The notes beneath the pieces are model-generated. The model did no database searches and had not been told where the DNA came from. It saw nothing but the letters and a program-made list of their open reading frames with translations. Positions 9,956-19,930 of a stretch of DNA of 64,000 nt are shown here, in pieces (positions within the stretch are counted from its first letter, which is position 1; each line of letters opens with the position of its first letter). A program made the translations under genes and the position numbers. The DNA comes from an uncultured Acidobacteriota bacterium (GTDB lineage: Bacteria; Acidobacteriota; Vicinamibacteria; Fen-336): positions 1,280,001-1,344,000 of the forward strand of contig OY970399.1 of NCBI GenBank assembly GCA_963720545.1, read 5' to 3'.

Positions 9956-12580
9956 TCAGAAAGCGGGGCCGAGCACCACCGCGTTGGCGAACAGCAGCAT
10001 GGTGGCTTCGGTGAACGCGCGAAAGTTCGGGTCTTCGGCAAAGGCGACGATGTGTCCCTCGCCGATCGGCTGGTCGATGAGGAAGGCCTTGTGCGCGAGG
10101 CCGCCGAGCGCTTCATCCCACGCGAGGCCCGAGAGGCGCAGGCTCTCCTTGCCCGCGTAGACGCCGGCGTTCACGCCCTTGTCGAGCCGGATCGGCGTGA
10201 AAATGCGGCGGCTCTCGACCAGCGCGCCCAGCTCGCCGTCGCTGCCGGCCGCGAGCCAGTGCCGGCGGTCGAGCTCGACGCGCAGGATGGCGCCGGGTGT
10301 CGCTTCGGGCGCTTCGCGTTCGGGCTGGATGGATTTCTCGTAGTCGAAAGGCGCCTCATCCTTCTTTTTCGCATCCTTGCCGGTTTCCTTCGCGGCGTCG
10401 CCTGCCGCCGCCGGATCCACTTCGGGAGTGCCGTCGCGCATCTCGGTGCGGGTCTCGAGGAGGCCGGTCTTTTCGCGGGCAGCCCAGCGCGAGGCATCGC
10501 CGATCGTCACCAGCGTGCCACCGGTGCGCACCCACTCCTTGAGGCGCACCACGATCTCGGGCGGGATGACGTAGGTGCCCGACGGCATGACGATGACGTC
10601 GTAGCGCCGCAGCTCGGCGCGCAGCAGCGACGCGACGCGCACCGTCGTCGCACCGATGCCGAAGCGGCGTTCGAGCGCATAGCGCGCCCAGCCGGCGGAC
10701 AGGCTCGAGGTCGGCGCGTCCCAAAGGAGCAGCACGCGCGGCGTGCGCAGCGGCAGCATCCGCGCGCTGCCCAGGGAGATGCCGCCTGGGTCGGTGAAGG
10801 CGGTGTCGGTCGGCACCGGCACGACGCCGTGCTGCGCTGCCAGCGGGCCGAGCGAAGCCGCCAGGCCGCGGTTGTCGGCGGTGCGGAACAGGACCGTGCC
10901 GACGCCGAACTCGCGGCCGCCGAGCCGGATGACGTCGCCGGCGACGCTTGCGCGCATTCCGGCACGCAGCGCCGCCACCACCAACCCGGGTGTGCCCGAG
11001 CCCCAGGGAACGAGGTAGCCCACCTGCGCCGCGGGCAGTGCGCTCGCCGCGGGTTCGGCGCCGACTGCCAGCGGGGTTGCCTTCACCGCGATGGGCAGGG
11101 CCGAGGGCACGCACTCCACGTCGAACACCAGCGGCAGGCTCCACGCGGTGACGTCGTAGATGCCGTCGGGCTTGCGCAGCTTGCGCAGGCGATCCTGCTC
11201 CTTGACGAAGGCATCGTCCTGGTCGACGTGCACGTCGAGCAGGTTGCGCACCAGCCGCGCCGAAGGCTGCGCGGTCGAGACCAGGAAGGCGCCCGCGGCG
11301 ACCGTGCGCGGGCCCAGTTTCACCGCCTCGTCGGCGCGCCGCACCTCGATGCCCTGCGAGCGCAGCAGCCGCGCCAGACGCTCGGCCATCGACGGGTCCG
11401 CTCCCGGCACCAGCACGTATTCGCGGGTACCCCGCTGGCCTTCGGCTACGGCGCTCGCCCGGTAGTCGGCGAAGTAGCGCAGCAGCTCGGCGCGGTTCAC
11501 TGCGGCGGTGCGCGCCGTCTCGATCGCCGCGGTGAAGTGGTGCAGCACGGAGTCCTTGTAGGTCAGGATCTCGCCGTCGGTGCGGCGAAACGACAGGGCG
11601 CGCGCCGAGGCCTGCTCATAGGTCATGCCGATCGCGCCCTGGAAGATCGGCCAGCTCTCGCCGTAACCGGGATAGAACGAGTCGTAGTTCTCGCGGATGA
11701 AGTAGGCAAACCCCTTGGCGTCGAAGCGCGCAGCATTGTTCTTGCCGAAGGTCTCGAACCAGGCGCGCTGCTCCTTCGGCAGGAACGGGTTGATGGGATC
11801 GGCCGGCGGCGCGAAGTAGTAACTGGAGTTGCCGCCCATCTCGTGGAGGTCTACGGCCACTTGCGGGAAGTAGTCGAGGTACACCTGGATGCGGCCGCGG
11901 GTCTCGGGCTGCGAGAGCGCGAACCAGTCGCGGTTCATGTCGAAGAGATAGTGATTGGCGCGGCCGCCGGGCCACGGCTCGTCGTGCTCGGCCGAGAGCG
12001 GGTCGGGGTCGGGCGCCGAAGCGCGGCCCTGCAGGTTCTGGAACAGGAAGCGCGCGCGGCCGTCGGGGTTCTCCATCGGGTCGATGACGAGGAGCGCGTC
12101 CTTCCTGATCGCGTCCACCGCCGCATCGCCCTGCGCCGCGAGGACGTGGTACGCCTCGGCGAGCGCGGCGTCGCTCGACGAGATCTCGTTGCCGTGCACG
12201 CCATGCATCAGCCAGACGCAGACCGGCAGCCCGCCGATGAGCCGGTCGCGCTCCGCCGGCGCCAGCCCGCGCGGGTCGGCGAGCCGGCGCAGGCCGGCCT
12301 TAACCGTGTCGAGGGCCGCGAGCCGTTCAGGCGTGCCGATGACGAAAATCCAGAGCGGCCGCCCCTCGTAACTGCGCGCGTACTCGACGAGGCGGGTCCG
12401 TTCCGGCGCGGCCTCGTGCAGCGCTTTCAAGTAGGTGGCGACGTTTTCCGGCGAGGTGATCTCGTCGCCATGGTCGTAGCCGAGCACCGCGCGGATCGCG
12501 GGGATCTTCGGGTCGTAGGCGCTCGCCGGGTCGAGCACGCTCGCGGCACCGAGCGCTAGGGTGAAGGCGGCTGCGAGCAT
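9956..12580 (-). CDS. M14-family zinc carboxypeptidase with C-terminal GATase-like domain
   Basis: 'HGVHGNE', 'DMNRDW', 'DLHEMG' motifs; ATG at 12580 with AAGGAG RBS and signal peptide. Confidence 0.85.
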   Translation of the reverse strand: MLAAAFTLALGAASVLDPASAYDPKIPAIRAVLGYDHGDEITSPENVATYLKALHEAAPERTRLVEYARSYEGRPLWIFVIGTPERLAALDTVKAGLRRLADPRGLAPAERDRLIGGLPVCVWLMHGVHGNEISSSDAALAEAYHVLAAQGDAAVDAIRKDALLVIDPMENPDGRARFLFQNLQGRASAPDPDPLSAEHDEPWPGGRANHYLFDMNRDWFALSQPETRGRIQVYLDYFPQVAVDLHEMGGNSSYYFAPPADPINPFLPKEQRAWFETFGKNNAARFDAKGFAYFIRENYDSFYPGYGESWPIFQGAIGMTYEQASARALSFRRTDGEILTYKDSVLHHFTAAIETARTAAVNRAELLRYFADYRASAVAEGQRGTREYVLVPGADPSMAERLARLLRSQGIEVRRADEAVKLGPRTVAAGAFLVSTAQPSARLVRNLLDVHVDQDDAFVKEQDRLRKLRKPDGIYDVTAWSLPLVFDVECVPSALPIAVKATPLAVGAEPAASALPAAQVGYLVPWGSGTPGLVVAALRAGMRASVAGDVIRLGGREFGVGTVLFRTADNRGLAASLGPLAAQHGVVPVPTDTAFTDPGGISLGSARMLPLRTPRVLLLWDAPTSSLSAGWARYALERRFGIGATTVRVASLLRAELRRYDVIVMPSGTYVIPPEIVVRLKEWVRTGGTLVTIGDASRWAAREKTGLLETRTEMRDGTPEVDPAAAGDAAKETGKDAKKKDEAPFDYEKSIQPEREAPEATPGAILRVELDRRHWLAAGSDGELGALVESRRIFTPIRLDKGVNAGVYAGKESLRLSGLAWDEALGGLAHKAFLIDQPIGEGHIVAFAEDPNFRAFTEATMLLFANAVVLGPAF

Positions 12581-12653
12581 CGTGGTCGATCTCCTTGCGT
12601 GCTTTGGCCTGGTGAAGTGGCGCGAGGCCGGCGGACATTCTAGGCTCTCGCCC

Positions 12654-14375
12654 ATGAAATCACCGGCGGCGTGGCGATGGCGATGGCGTTTTGCAGCAGG
12701 CCTGATGCTGGCCGTGTCCGGCACGCTCGCCGCGGCGGAACCGCCGGCCGACACGGTGCTGCGCGGCGGCGCCGTCTACACCATGGATGCCGCGCGCTCG
12801 TGGGCCGAGGCGGTGGCGCTGCGCGACGGACGCATCGTGTTCGTCGGCAGCAGTGCTGCGGCTGCGGCCTTCGTCGGAGCGAAGACACGCGTCGTGGAGC
12901 TGGCCGGCCGCATGCTGCTGCCCGGCTTTCAGGATGCACACGTCCACCCGGTGAGCGGCGGCGTCGAGCTGGGACAGTGCAACCTCAACAACCTCGAGAC
13001 GCAGGCCGAGGTGTTCGCGAAAGTGAAGGCGTGCGCCGCGGCGCGGCCCGATGCGCCGTGGGTCGTGGGCGGCGGCTGGGCGCTGACGACGTTCCCGGCC
13101 ACCGGCCCCACCCGCCAGATGCTCGACGCGCTGGTCCCCGACCGGCCGGTGATTCTCGACGCGGCCGACGGCCACACGTCGTGGGTGAACACCAGGGCCC
13201 TGAAGATCGCCGGCGTTACGGCCGCCACGAAGGATCCAGGCGACGGACGCATCGAGCGCGAGGCGTCGGGCGAACCGGCCGGCGCGCTGCGCGAGTCGGC
13301 GATCGAGCTGGTGTCGCGGCTGGCGCCGCCGCAGACGGCCGGCGAACGGCTCGCCGGACTGAAGCGCGCGGTGGCGATGTTCAACTCCTTCGGCATCACC
13401 GCCGTGCAGGAGGCCGATGCCGGCGCCGGCGCCAAGGGTGCTGGCGCGCGCGAAACGCTCGCGGCCTACCGGGCGCTGGAGCAGCAGGGTGGGCTCAACC
13501 TGCGCGTGGTCGCGGCCATCCACGTCGATCCGGCGCGCGGTGTCGAGCAGGTCGCCGACATGGCGAAGCTGCGCACCGAGTTCAGCTCAGCGCGGCTGCG
13601 GCCGGTGGCCGCCAAGATCTTCGCCGACGGTGTCATCGAGTCGCGCACCGCGTCCATGCTCGAGCCCTACACGGGCTTCCCTGAGGACCGCGGCAAGACC
13701 GACTTTCCGCCCGGGAAGATGAATGCCATCGTCGCGGCGCTGACCGAAGCCGGCTTCAGCGTGCACATCCACGCGATCGGCGACCGCGCGATCCGCACCA
13801 GCCTCGACGCCTTCGAGAAGGCGAAGCCGCTGCGCCAGCCCGGCCAGCGGCGCATGATCGCGCACCTCGAACTGATCGATCCCGCCGACCTGCCGCGCTT
13901 CCGCGACCTCGACGTGATCGCGAACTTCGAGGCGCTCTGGGGCTACGCCGACCAGTACATCGTCGACCTCAGCTGGCCGATCCTCGGCCCGGAGCGCTCG
14001 CGCTGGCTCTATCCCATCCACAGCGTGGCGAAGACCGGCGCCGTGCTCTCGTTCGGCAGCGACTGGTCGGTGTCGTCGGCGAACCCCCTCGATGCGATCC
14101 AGGTCGCGGTCACCCGCCAGGGAATCGCCCTGCCGCGACGCGCCCCGATGGTGGCCGAAGAGGCGATCGACCTCGACACGGCGCTCGCCGCGTACACCAT
14201 CGGCTCGGCGTTCGCGAACGCGCTCGAGAAGGACACCGGCAGCATCGAGGTCGGCAAGGCCGGCGACCTGGCAGTCATCGACGCGAACCTGTTCGCCGTG
14301 CCGCCTTCGGAGATCGCGAAGCACAAGGTGGTGATGACCCTGCTCGACGGCCGGGTGGTGTTCGAGGCGAAGTGA
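12654..14375 (+). CDS. Amidohydrolase family 3 (YtcJ-like), exported
   Basis: 'LPGFQDAHVH', 'KIFADG', 'HAIGDRA', 'H.E', 'GSDW', 'GSIEVGK.GD'; signal peptide. Confidence 0.85.
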   Translation: MKSPAAWRWRWRFAAGLMLAVSGTLAAAEPPADTVLRGGAVYTMDAARSWAEAVALRDGRIVFVGSSAAAAAFVGAKTRVVELAGRMLLPGFQDAHVHPVSGGVELGQCNLNNLETQAEVFAKVKACAAARPDAPWVVGGGWALTTFPATGPTRQMLDALVPDRPVILDAADGHTSWVNTRALKIAGVTAATKDPGDGRIEREASGEPAGALRESAIELVSRLAPPQTAGERLAGLKRAVAMFNSFGITAVQEADAGAGAKGAGARETLAAYRALEQQGGLNLRVVAAIHVDPARGVEQVADMAKLRTEFSSARLRPVAAKIFADGVIESRTASMLEPYTGFPEDRGKTDFPPGKMNAIVAALTEAGFSVHIHAIGDRAIRTSLDAFEKAKPLRQPGQRRMIAHLELIDPADLPRFRDLDVIANFEALWGYADQYIVDLSWPILGPERSRWLYPIHSVAKTGAVLSFGSDWSVSSANPLDAIQVAVTRQGIALPRRAPMVAEEAIDLDTALAAYTIGSAFANALEKDTGSIEVGKAGDLAVIDANLFAVPPSEIAKHKVVMTLLDGRVVFEAK

Positions 14376-14378
14376 AGC

Positions 14379-17300
14379 TCAGTTGAAGAACAGCTTGAGG
14401 CTGAGCTGGATTTCCCGCGCCAGGCGCACTCCGTCGAACTGGCCGAACGTGTTGTTGGCGATGGCGCACGAGCTGTCGGTCAGGCCGGCGCCGCAGACGT
14501 TGTTGATGGTGGTGAACTGCGTCTGGTTGAACGCGTTGATGAAGTCGGCGCGGAACTGCAGCCGGGTCTTCTGCGACGTGTTCCAGAACTTCGACAGCGT
14601 GATGTCCCACTGGTTGCGTCCCGGCAGGCGGAAGATGGCGCGGCCGGTATCGCCGTAGGCGCCGTCCGCGGGCGGCGCGAACGCCGCCGGGTTGATGTAG
14701 TAGTTGCCGGCCGGCACGTTCGCGAACGGGTCGCTCAGCTGGTTGACGCGCAGGCCGCGGCGCGCGCCGTTGGTGTTGCCGGTGACGATGCGCGAGACGG
14801 GCGGCCCCGACTCGCGCGTGAAGATGCCGGCGACCTGCCAGCCGCCGAGGAGCGCCTTCGCGACTCCCGAGGAATTGCGGAACACCGGGATCTCGTAAAC
14901 CCAGTTGCCCTTGAAGACGTGGGTGCGATCGGTGCGCGCGAGCGCGTATTCGGCGTCGAGATCCTGCGGGTTCTGCGGGAGGTCGACCGCATCGCGGTCG
15001 TTGGATGCCGTCGCCTTGCTCTGGCTCAGCGTGTAGGCGAGCGCGAAGGTGCCGGCGGCGCCGGCGTTGTGGCGGAAGTCCACGAGCAGGCCGTGGTAGC
15101 GGCTGCGGGCGGTCGTCTGCCGGTTGTTGATCGAGCCGTAGCCGAGGAACGGCCGCGCCAGATTGACCGAACCGAGGCGCACCACATCCGCCGGCTGCGG
15201 CTGGTTGATGTCCACCGGCTGCACCAGGAAGTCGCCCTTGGAGCCGACGTACGACACGTCGATCACGCCCCGCGAGTACAGCTGCCGCGACATGCCGACG
15301 TTCCACTGCATGAAGCGCGGCGTCTGGAAGTCCTCGCCGGTTGCGATCAGGTTGCGCACGCCGGTGGTCGTCGGCGTGATGCCGGCCGCGGGGCTCGACA
15401 GCTGCGTGTTCTGGAAGGCGCGGGTGCTGGCGAACGGCGGGTTGGTGAAGGCGTTCTGTTCGAAGATGCCGACCAGCACCTGGTCGTAGTAGATGCCGAA
15501 CCCGGCGCGGAACAGGCTCTTGCCGTCGCCCTTCGGATCGAATGTCAGGCCGAAGCGCGGCTGCACGTTGCCCTTGTCGGCCTTGTAAAGGCGGCGGCCG
15601 CCGGGCGCGTTCCGGCCGGCGACCACGATGCCGTTCAGGGGATCGCCGGTGCCGACGATGATCGCGGTGCCTGCTGTGCTCGAGAAAGTCGGCGCGTTCG
15701 CGGGGTTGTACAAGGACGGTGCAAACGAGGTCATCACGTCGTTGGTGTCGATGACCCCCGGATACACGGAGTAGCGCAGGCCGGCGTCGATCGTGACCTT
15801 CGGGGTCACGCGCCACGAATCCTGGGCATAGCCTTCGTAGCGCCGGAAGTGGAGGTGATTGGTGATGTCGATCTCCGCCTCGGAATAGAAGCACGCCGCC
15901 CCGCACAGGCCGTCGCTGTTGCCGCGCAGGAAATTCTGGAACGCGGTGCGGCCGCCGCCGGCGCCGAAGGTGAAGTCGCCCTGGGTGAGGTTGGCGGCGT
16001 TCTCGTCCTTGCTTTCGAAGCTGACCAGGCCGCCGAACTTGAAGGTGTGGTTGCCGCGCAGCACCGTCAGGTCGTCGGCAAAGGTGTGGTTGCGGTACTT
16101 GATGCCGATCGCCTGGTTGGCGCCGATCGTGGACAGCCCGGTGATCCGCACGAACGGAATGCGGTCGCCGTCGTTGCCCGCGAACACCTCCGGAATGTCG
16201 AGGCCGTAGTCGGCGCGGCGGCCGCGGGCGGCGTCGGTCGAGCGCGAGGTGATGGCATTGCTCGAGAACTGGTACGAGACCTCGTTCACGGTGTTCTGGC
16301 CGAGGTTGCCGGTGAGCCGCGCCACGAAGATGTTGCCAGGCACCGGCGTGATGGTGCTGGCGACGTTGGGAACGAGCACGGTGGTCGCGAGGAACAGGCC
16401 GCCGACCACGTCTTCCGTCTCGCTGAGGTCGTGGGTGTAGCGCGCCATCGCCCGCCAGTTCGGGTTGATGTTGTAGTCGAGGCGCACCACTTCCTGGCGC
16501 GTGTTGTTGACGCCCGGCGACGAGTTCACGTACTGGCCGGGCACTGCCGGGTTGTTGGGCTGCGGCCACGCGTCGAGCAGCGCCACAGCATTGGGGTCGC
16601 GGTCGCCGGGCGCCACGTAGTTGGCGTTCGTCGGATCGGTGAGCCACGCCGGCTGCGGCACGTTGGTGATCGGCGACGCCGCGCGCTTGATGCGCCGCCA
16701 CTCCTGCGAGGCGAAGAAGAACAGCTTGTCTTTCTGGATCGGCCCGCCGAGGGTCCAGCCAAAGTTGTGATAGTTCAGGGCCGGGGCGTTTTGCGAGATC
16801 AGCGGATCGCTGCTCTGCTTGCGGAAGAAGCTGTTCTCGTTCAGCGAGTCGTTGCGGTAGTACTCGTAGAGCGAACCCTTGAACTGGTTGGTGCCGCTCT
16901 TGGTGACGAGGTTCACCACCCCGCCGCCGCTGCGCTGCCACTCCGCGGCGTAGCTGCTGGTGAGGATCTTGAACTCCTCGATCGAGTCGACCGTCGGCGT
17001 CGCCAGCAGCGTGATGTTCGAGCCCACGTCCACGTTCGAGACGCCGTCCACCAGCCAGTTGACGGCGTTGCGGCGCGCGCCGTTGATCGACACGCTCACC
17101 GTGCTGGTCAGGCCGATGCCCACCTCGTCGCCGAGATCGCTGGAGACGCCGGGAACGAGGGTCGCGAGCTGCACGAAGTTGCGGTTGTTGAGCGGCAGCT
17201 CCTGCACCTGCTTCGCGCCCATCAGCGATTGCAGGGCGGAGGTCTGCTGGATCAGCTCACCGCCGGCCGTGACCTCGATGGCTTCGGACACGCCTCCGGC

Positions 17301-17627
17301 GTTGAGGGTGGCATTGACGGCCAGGCGGTCGCTCACGTGCAGCACCACGCCGCGGCGCGCTAGCGTCTCGAAGCCGCTCAGCGAGAACTCGAGGTCGTAG
17401 GTGCCCACCGGCAGGACCGGTGCCGCGTACGAGCCCGAAGTCGTGGTGGTGAAGGTGGCGGTGAACCCCGTGTTCACGTTCCTGATCGTTACGGTGACCC
17501 CGGGGAGGACCGCGCCCGTCTGGTCGGTCACCGAGCCCGTGAAAGTGCCCGTGGTTTCCTGGGCGGATGCGAGGCCCGCCGCTCCCATCAAAACCAGGAC
17601 GGCGCACATGTTTCTCGCGAATTTCAC
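14379..17627 (-). CDS. TonB-dependent receptor (Oar-like)
   Basis: GTG start with GAGGAG RBS; 'LPGVTVT', 'LPLNNRNFVQLATLVPGV', 'TKSGTN', 'YHNFGWTLGGPI'; C-terminal LKLFFN. Confidence 0.9.
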   Translation of the reverse strand: MKFARNMCAVLVLMGAAGLASAQETTGTFTGSVTDQTGAVLPGVTVTIRNVNTGFTATFTTTTSGSYAAPVLPVGTYDLEFSLSGFETLARRGVVLHVSDRLAVNATLNAGGVSEAIEVTAGGELIQQTSALQSLMGAKQVQELPLNNRNFVQLATLVPGVSSDLGDEVGIGLTSTVSVSINGARRNAVNWLVDGVSNVDVGSNITLLATPTVDSIEEFKILTSSYAAEWQRSGGGVVNLVTKSGTNQFKGSLYEYYRNDSLNENSFFRKQSSDPLISQNAPALNYHNFGWTLGGPIQKDKLFFFASQEWRRIKRAASPITNVPQPAWLTDPTNANYVAPGDRDPNAVALLDAWPQPNNPAVPGQYVNSSPGVNNTRQEVVRLDYNINPNWRAMARYTHDLSETEDVVGGLFLATTVLVPNVASTITPVPGNIFVARLTGNLGQNTVNEVSYQFSSNAITSRSTDAARGRRADYGLDIPEVFAGNDGDRIPFVRITGLSTIGANQAIGIKYRNHTFADDLTVLRGNHTFKFGGLVSFESKDENAANLTQGDFTFGAGGGRTAFQNFLRGNSDGLCGAACFYSEAEIDITNHLHFRRYEGYAQDSWRVTPKVTIDAGLRYSVYPGVIDTNDVMTSFAPSLYNPANAPTFSSTAGTAIIVGTGDPLNGIVVAGRNAPGGRRLYKADKGNVQPRFGLTFDPKGDGKSLFRAGFGIYYDQVLVGIFEQNAFTNPPFASTRAFQNTQLSSPAAGITPTTTGVRNLIATGEDFQTPRFMQWNVGMSRQLYSRGVIDVSYVGSKGDFLVQPVDINQPQPADVVRLGSVNLARPFLGYGSINNRQTTARSRYHGLLVDFRHNAGAAGTFALAYTLSQSKATASNDRDAVDLPQNPQDLDAEYALARTDRTHVFKGNWVYEIPVFRNSSGVAKALLGGWQVAGIFTRESGPPVSRIVTGNTNGARRGLRVNQLSDPFANVPAGNYYINPAAFAPPADGAYGDTGRAIFRLPGRNQWDITLSKFWNTSQKTRLQFRADFINAFNQTQFTTINNVCGAGLTDSSCAIANNTFGQFDGVRLAREIQLSLKLFFN

Positions 17628-17685
17628 TGTGCCTCCTCGAGCGGCGAATCTCCTGCGTTACGCGGAAGTTGCCTCCGCGCCACGC

Positions 17686-18690
17686 CTAAGTCAAGGGTTT
17701 GCCGAGGGCCTCGCCCTGCTGGAGGTAGCGGCCGTAAGTGGCGGGATCGATGTTGGCGCCGCAGACGATGAGCGCCACCTTCCTGCCGCGCAGCTTCTGG
17801 CGCAGCGGACCCAGGAGCGCGGCGGTGGCGGCGGCGCCGGCCGGTTCAACCGCGAGCTTGGCGGAGCGGAACAGCAAATAGAGCGCGCGCAGGATCTCGT
17901 CATCCGACACCAGCACCATCTCGTCCACGTACTTGCGGCACAAGGCGAAACTGTAGGGCTTCGCGTACGGCGCCCCGAGGCTGTCGGCGATGGTGCGCAC
18001 CGCGTCGATCGACTGCGGTTCGCCGGCGGCGAAACTGCGGTGCATGGTGTCGGCGCCCTCCGGCTCGACGCCGTACACCTTGCACGCCGGCCGCATCAGC
18101 TTCACGCCGGCCGCGACGCCGGCGCACAGACCGCCGCCGCCGACCGGCACGATGACCGCGTCGAGGTCCTGCAGCTGCTCGGACAGCTCGAGGCCGAGCG
18201 TGGCGGTGCCGAGCGCCGTCAGCGGACCCTCGAACGGATGCACAAAGGTGCGGCCCTCCTGCTCCGCGATCTCCGCGACCCGCGCGAACGCGATGTGCAC
18301 GTCCGCGACCAGCTCGACCTCGGCGCCGAGCTCGCGGCAGAGGGCGACGCGCGCGGCGTTCGCGTTCTTCGGCATCACCACCTTGGCGGTGCTGCCGAGC
18401 ACCTTCGCGGCGTAGGACACCGCGATCGCGTGGTTGCCGGCGCTCACCGCGGTGACGCCGCGCGCCAGCGCCGCGGCATCGAGCTCGAGCATCACGCTGA
18501 GCGCGCCGCGCGCCTTGAAGGTGCCGGTGCGCTGGAACAACTCCTCCTTGAGGTAGACGGTCGCGCCCGGCACCGCGGCCGCAACCTGCTCGTCATCCCA
18601 GCGGCGCACCGGGGTGGCCACGATGTAGGGGGCGATGCGGCACGCGTTGCGGCCGATCGCTGCGAGCGTGATCTCGGCGTCGCCGCTCAC
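17686..18690 (-). CDS. PLP-dependent threonine/serine dehydratase family protein (fold type II, no regulatory domain)
   Basis: 'KEELFQRTGTFKARGA', 'SAGNHA', 'VPVGGGGL', 'VEPAGAA'. Start placed at GTG 18690, just after the upstream gene. Confidence 0.85.
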   Translation of the reverse strand: MSGDAEITLAAIGRNACRIAPYIVATPVRRWDDEQVAAAVPGATVYLKEELFQRTGTFKARGALSVMLELDAAALARGVTAVSAGNHAIAVSYAAKVLGSTAKVVMPKNANAARVALCRELGAEVELVADVHIAFARVAEIAEQEGRTFVHPFEGPLTALGTATLGLELSEQLQDLDAVIVPVGGGGLCAGVAAGVKLMRPACKVYGVEPEGADTMHRSFAAGEPQSIDAVRTIADSLGAPYAKPYSFALCRKYVDEMVLVSDDEILRALYLLFRSAKLAVEPAGAAATAALLGPLRQKLRGRKVALIVCGANIDPATYGRYLQQGEALGKPLT

Positions 18691-18695
18691 GCCGT

Positions 18696-19874
18696 TCAGA
18701 AGTCCTTGTTGGTGGGACCGTCGCCGAGGAGGCCCTCGACCTGCAGCGTCTGCGGGCCGTTCTCGGTGCACACCGCGTAGTTGATCGGCTCGCGGTTGAA
18801 GGTGTTGTAGAGCGAGACGCCGGCGTAGCGGCCCTGGCGGTCCACGATGTAGAAGTTCACGTAGAAATTGGGCCGGCCGTCGGCCGCCAGCAGCCGCTTC
18901 TCGACGGTGTTGGCCTTGACGCGCTTCAGCGCCTCCATGCCGGCGTCCTTCGGGTGCATGCCGCGGCGCAGGTTCTCGACGATCAGGTAGGAGCTGAGGT
19001 TGTAGAGGTTGGCTTCGCCGCGCCCGGTGGAACCGGCGGCGCCCACGTCGCCGTCGACGTAGAGACCGGCGCCGAGGATCGGCGAGTCGCCGACGCGGCC
19101 GGGGATCTTCCAGGCCAGGCCGCTGGTGGTGGTGACGCCGCAGATCTCGCCCTTCGGGCTGATGCCGTCGCAGTTGATGGTGCCGTAGTAGTGCTGCAGG
19201 TTGACGAGCCCCTCGGCCGCCATCTCCCAGAACACCTTGCGCGAGGCGCGCTCGCGCTTCTCAGGATCGAGGTAATGCCCCGGGTCGATGCGCCGCTTCC
19301 ATTCGAGCCACAGCTTGCGCGAGTGCGGCGTGTTGAGGTCGTCCTCGACGGTGAAGCCGAAGTTGCGCGCCAGCTCGGCCGCGCCCTTGCCGACGATGAG
19401 GTGATGGTCGGTCTGGTGCAGCACCGCGCGCGCCACCAGCGAAGGGGTGCGCACGCCCTCGATGCAGGCAACACCGCCGGCGCGCTTCTTCGGCCCGTGC
19501 ATGCAGCACGAGTCGAGCTGCACGACGCCGTCGGCGTTCGGCAGGCCGCCGTAGCCGACGCTGTCGTCGAGCGGGTCGAGCTCGACGATGTTGACGCCGG
19601 CGATCAGCGCGTCGAGCACGTCCTCGCCCTTGACGATGCGCGCGAAGGCTTCCTCGACGGCGGTGCGCGGCCCGCCGTTCTTGAATTCGTTGCCGTTCGC
19701 GGAGGCGACCACCACCGGCGGCACGCTCTTCGGCGCGAGCACGGTGGGAGCGACGGGTGCTGTGGCCGGCGCCTTTTGCGGCGCCTGCGGCGCGGCCTGT
19801 GCAGCAGCGCCGACGGCCAGGAGCGACGCCGTGCCCTGCGAAACGAAACGCCGCCGGCTCACCTTGCTCGACAT
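18696..19874 (-). CDS. N(4)-(beta-N-acetylglucosaminyl)-L-asparaginase / type 2 asparaginase (Ntn hydrolase), Tat-exported
   Basis: Twin-arginine signal (SRRRFV); 'SVGYGGLPN', autoproteolysis site 'GTI', 'TTSG...KIPGRVGDSPILGAG', 'TG.GE'. Confidence 0.85.
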   Translation of the reverse strand: MSSKVSRRRFVSQGTASLLAVGAAAQAAPQAPQKAPATAPVAPTVLAPKSVPPVVVASANGNEFKNGGPRTAVEEAFARIVKGEDVLDALIAGVNIVELDPLDDSVGYGGLPNADGVVQLDSCCMHGPKKRAGGVACIEGVRTPSLVARAVLHQTDHHLIVGKGAAELARNFGFTVEDDLNTPHSRKLWLEWKRRIDPGHYLDPEKRERASRKVFWEMAAEGLVNLQHYYGTINCDGISPKGEICGVTTTSGLAWKIPGRVGDSPILGAGLYVDGDVGAAGSTGRGEANLYNLSSYLIVENLRRGMHPKDAGMEALKRVKANTVEKRLLAADGRPNFYVNFYIVDRQGRYAGVSLYNTFNREPINYAVCTENGPQTLQVEGLLGDGPTNKDF

Positions 19875-19930
19875 CGTGGCTTCCTCCAGGTTCGCGTGAT
19901 CTTAAGCTCGAACCCCTTAGGATGGAGGGC

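Noticed and set aside
17655..17682. Small hairpin (CGCGGAG-GCAA-CTTCCGCG on minus strand) between dehydratase and TBDR
   Set aside because: No U-tract and too short to call a terminator or regulatory RNA.
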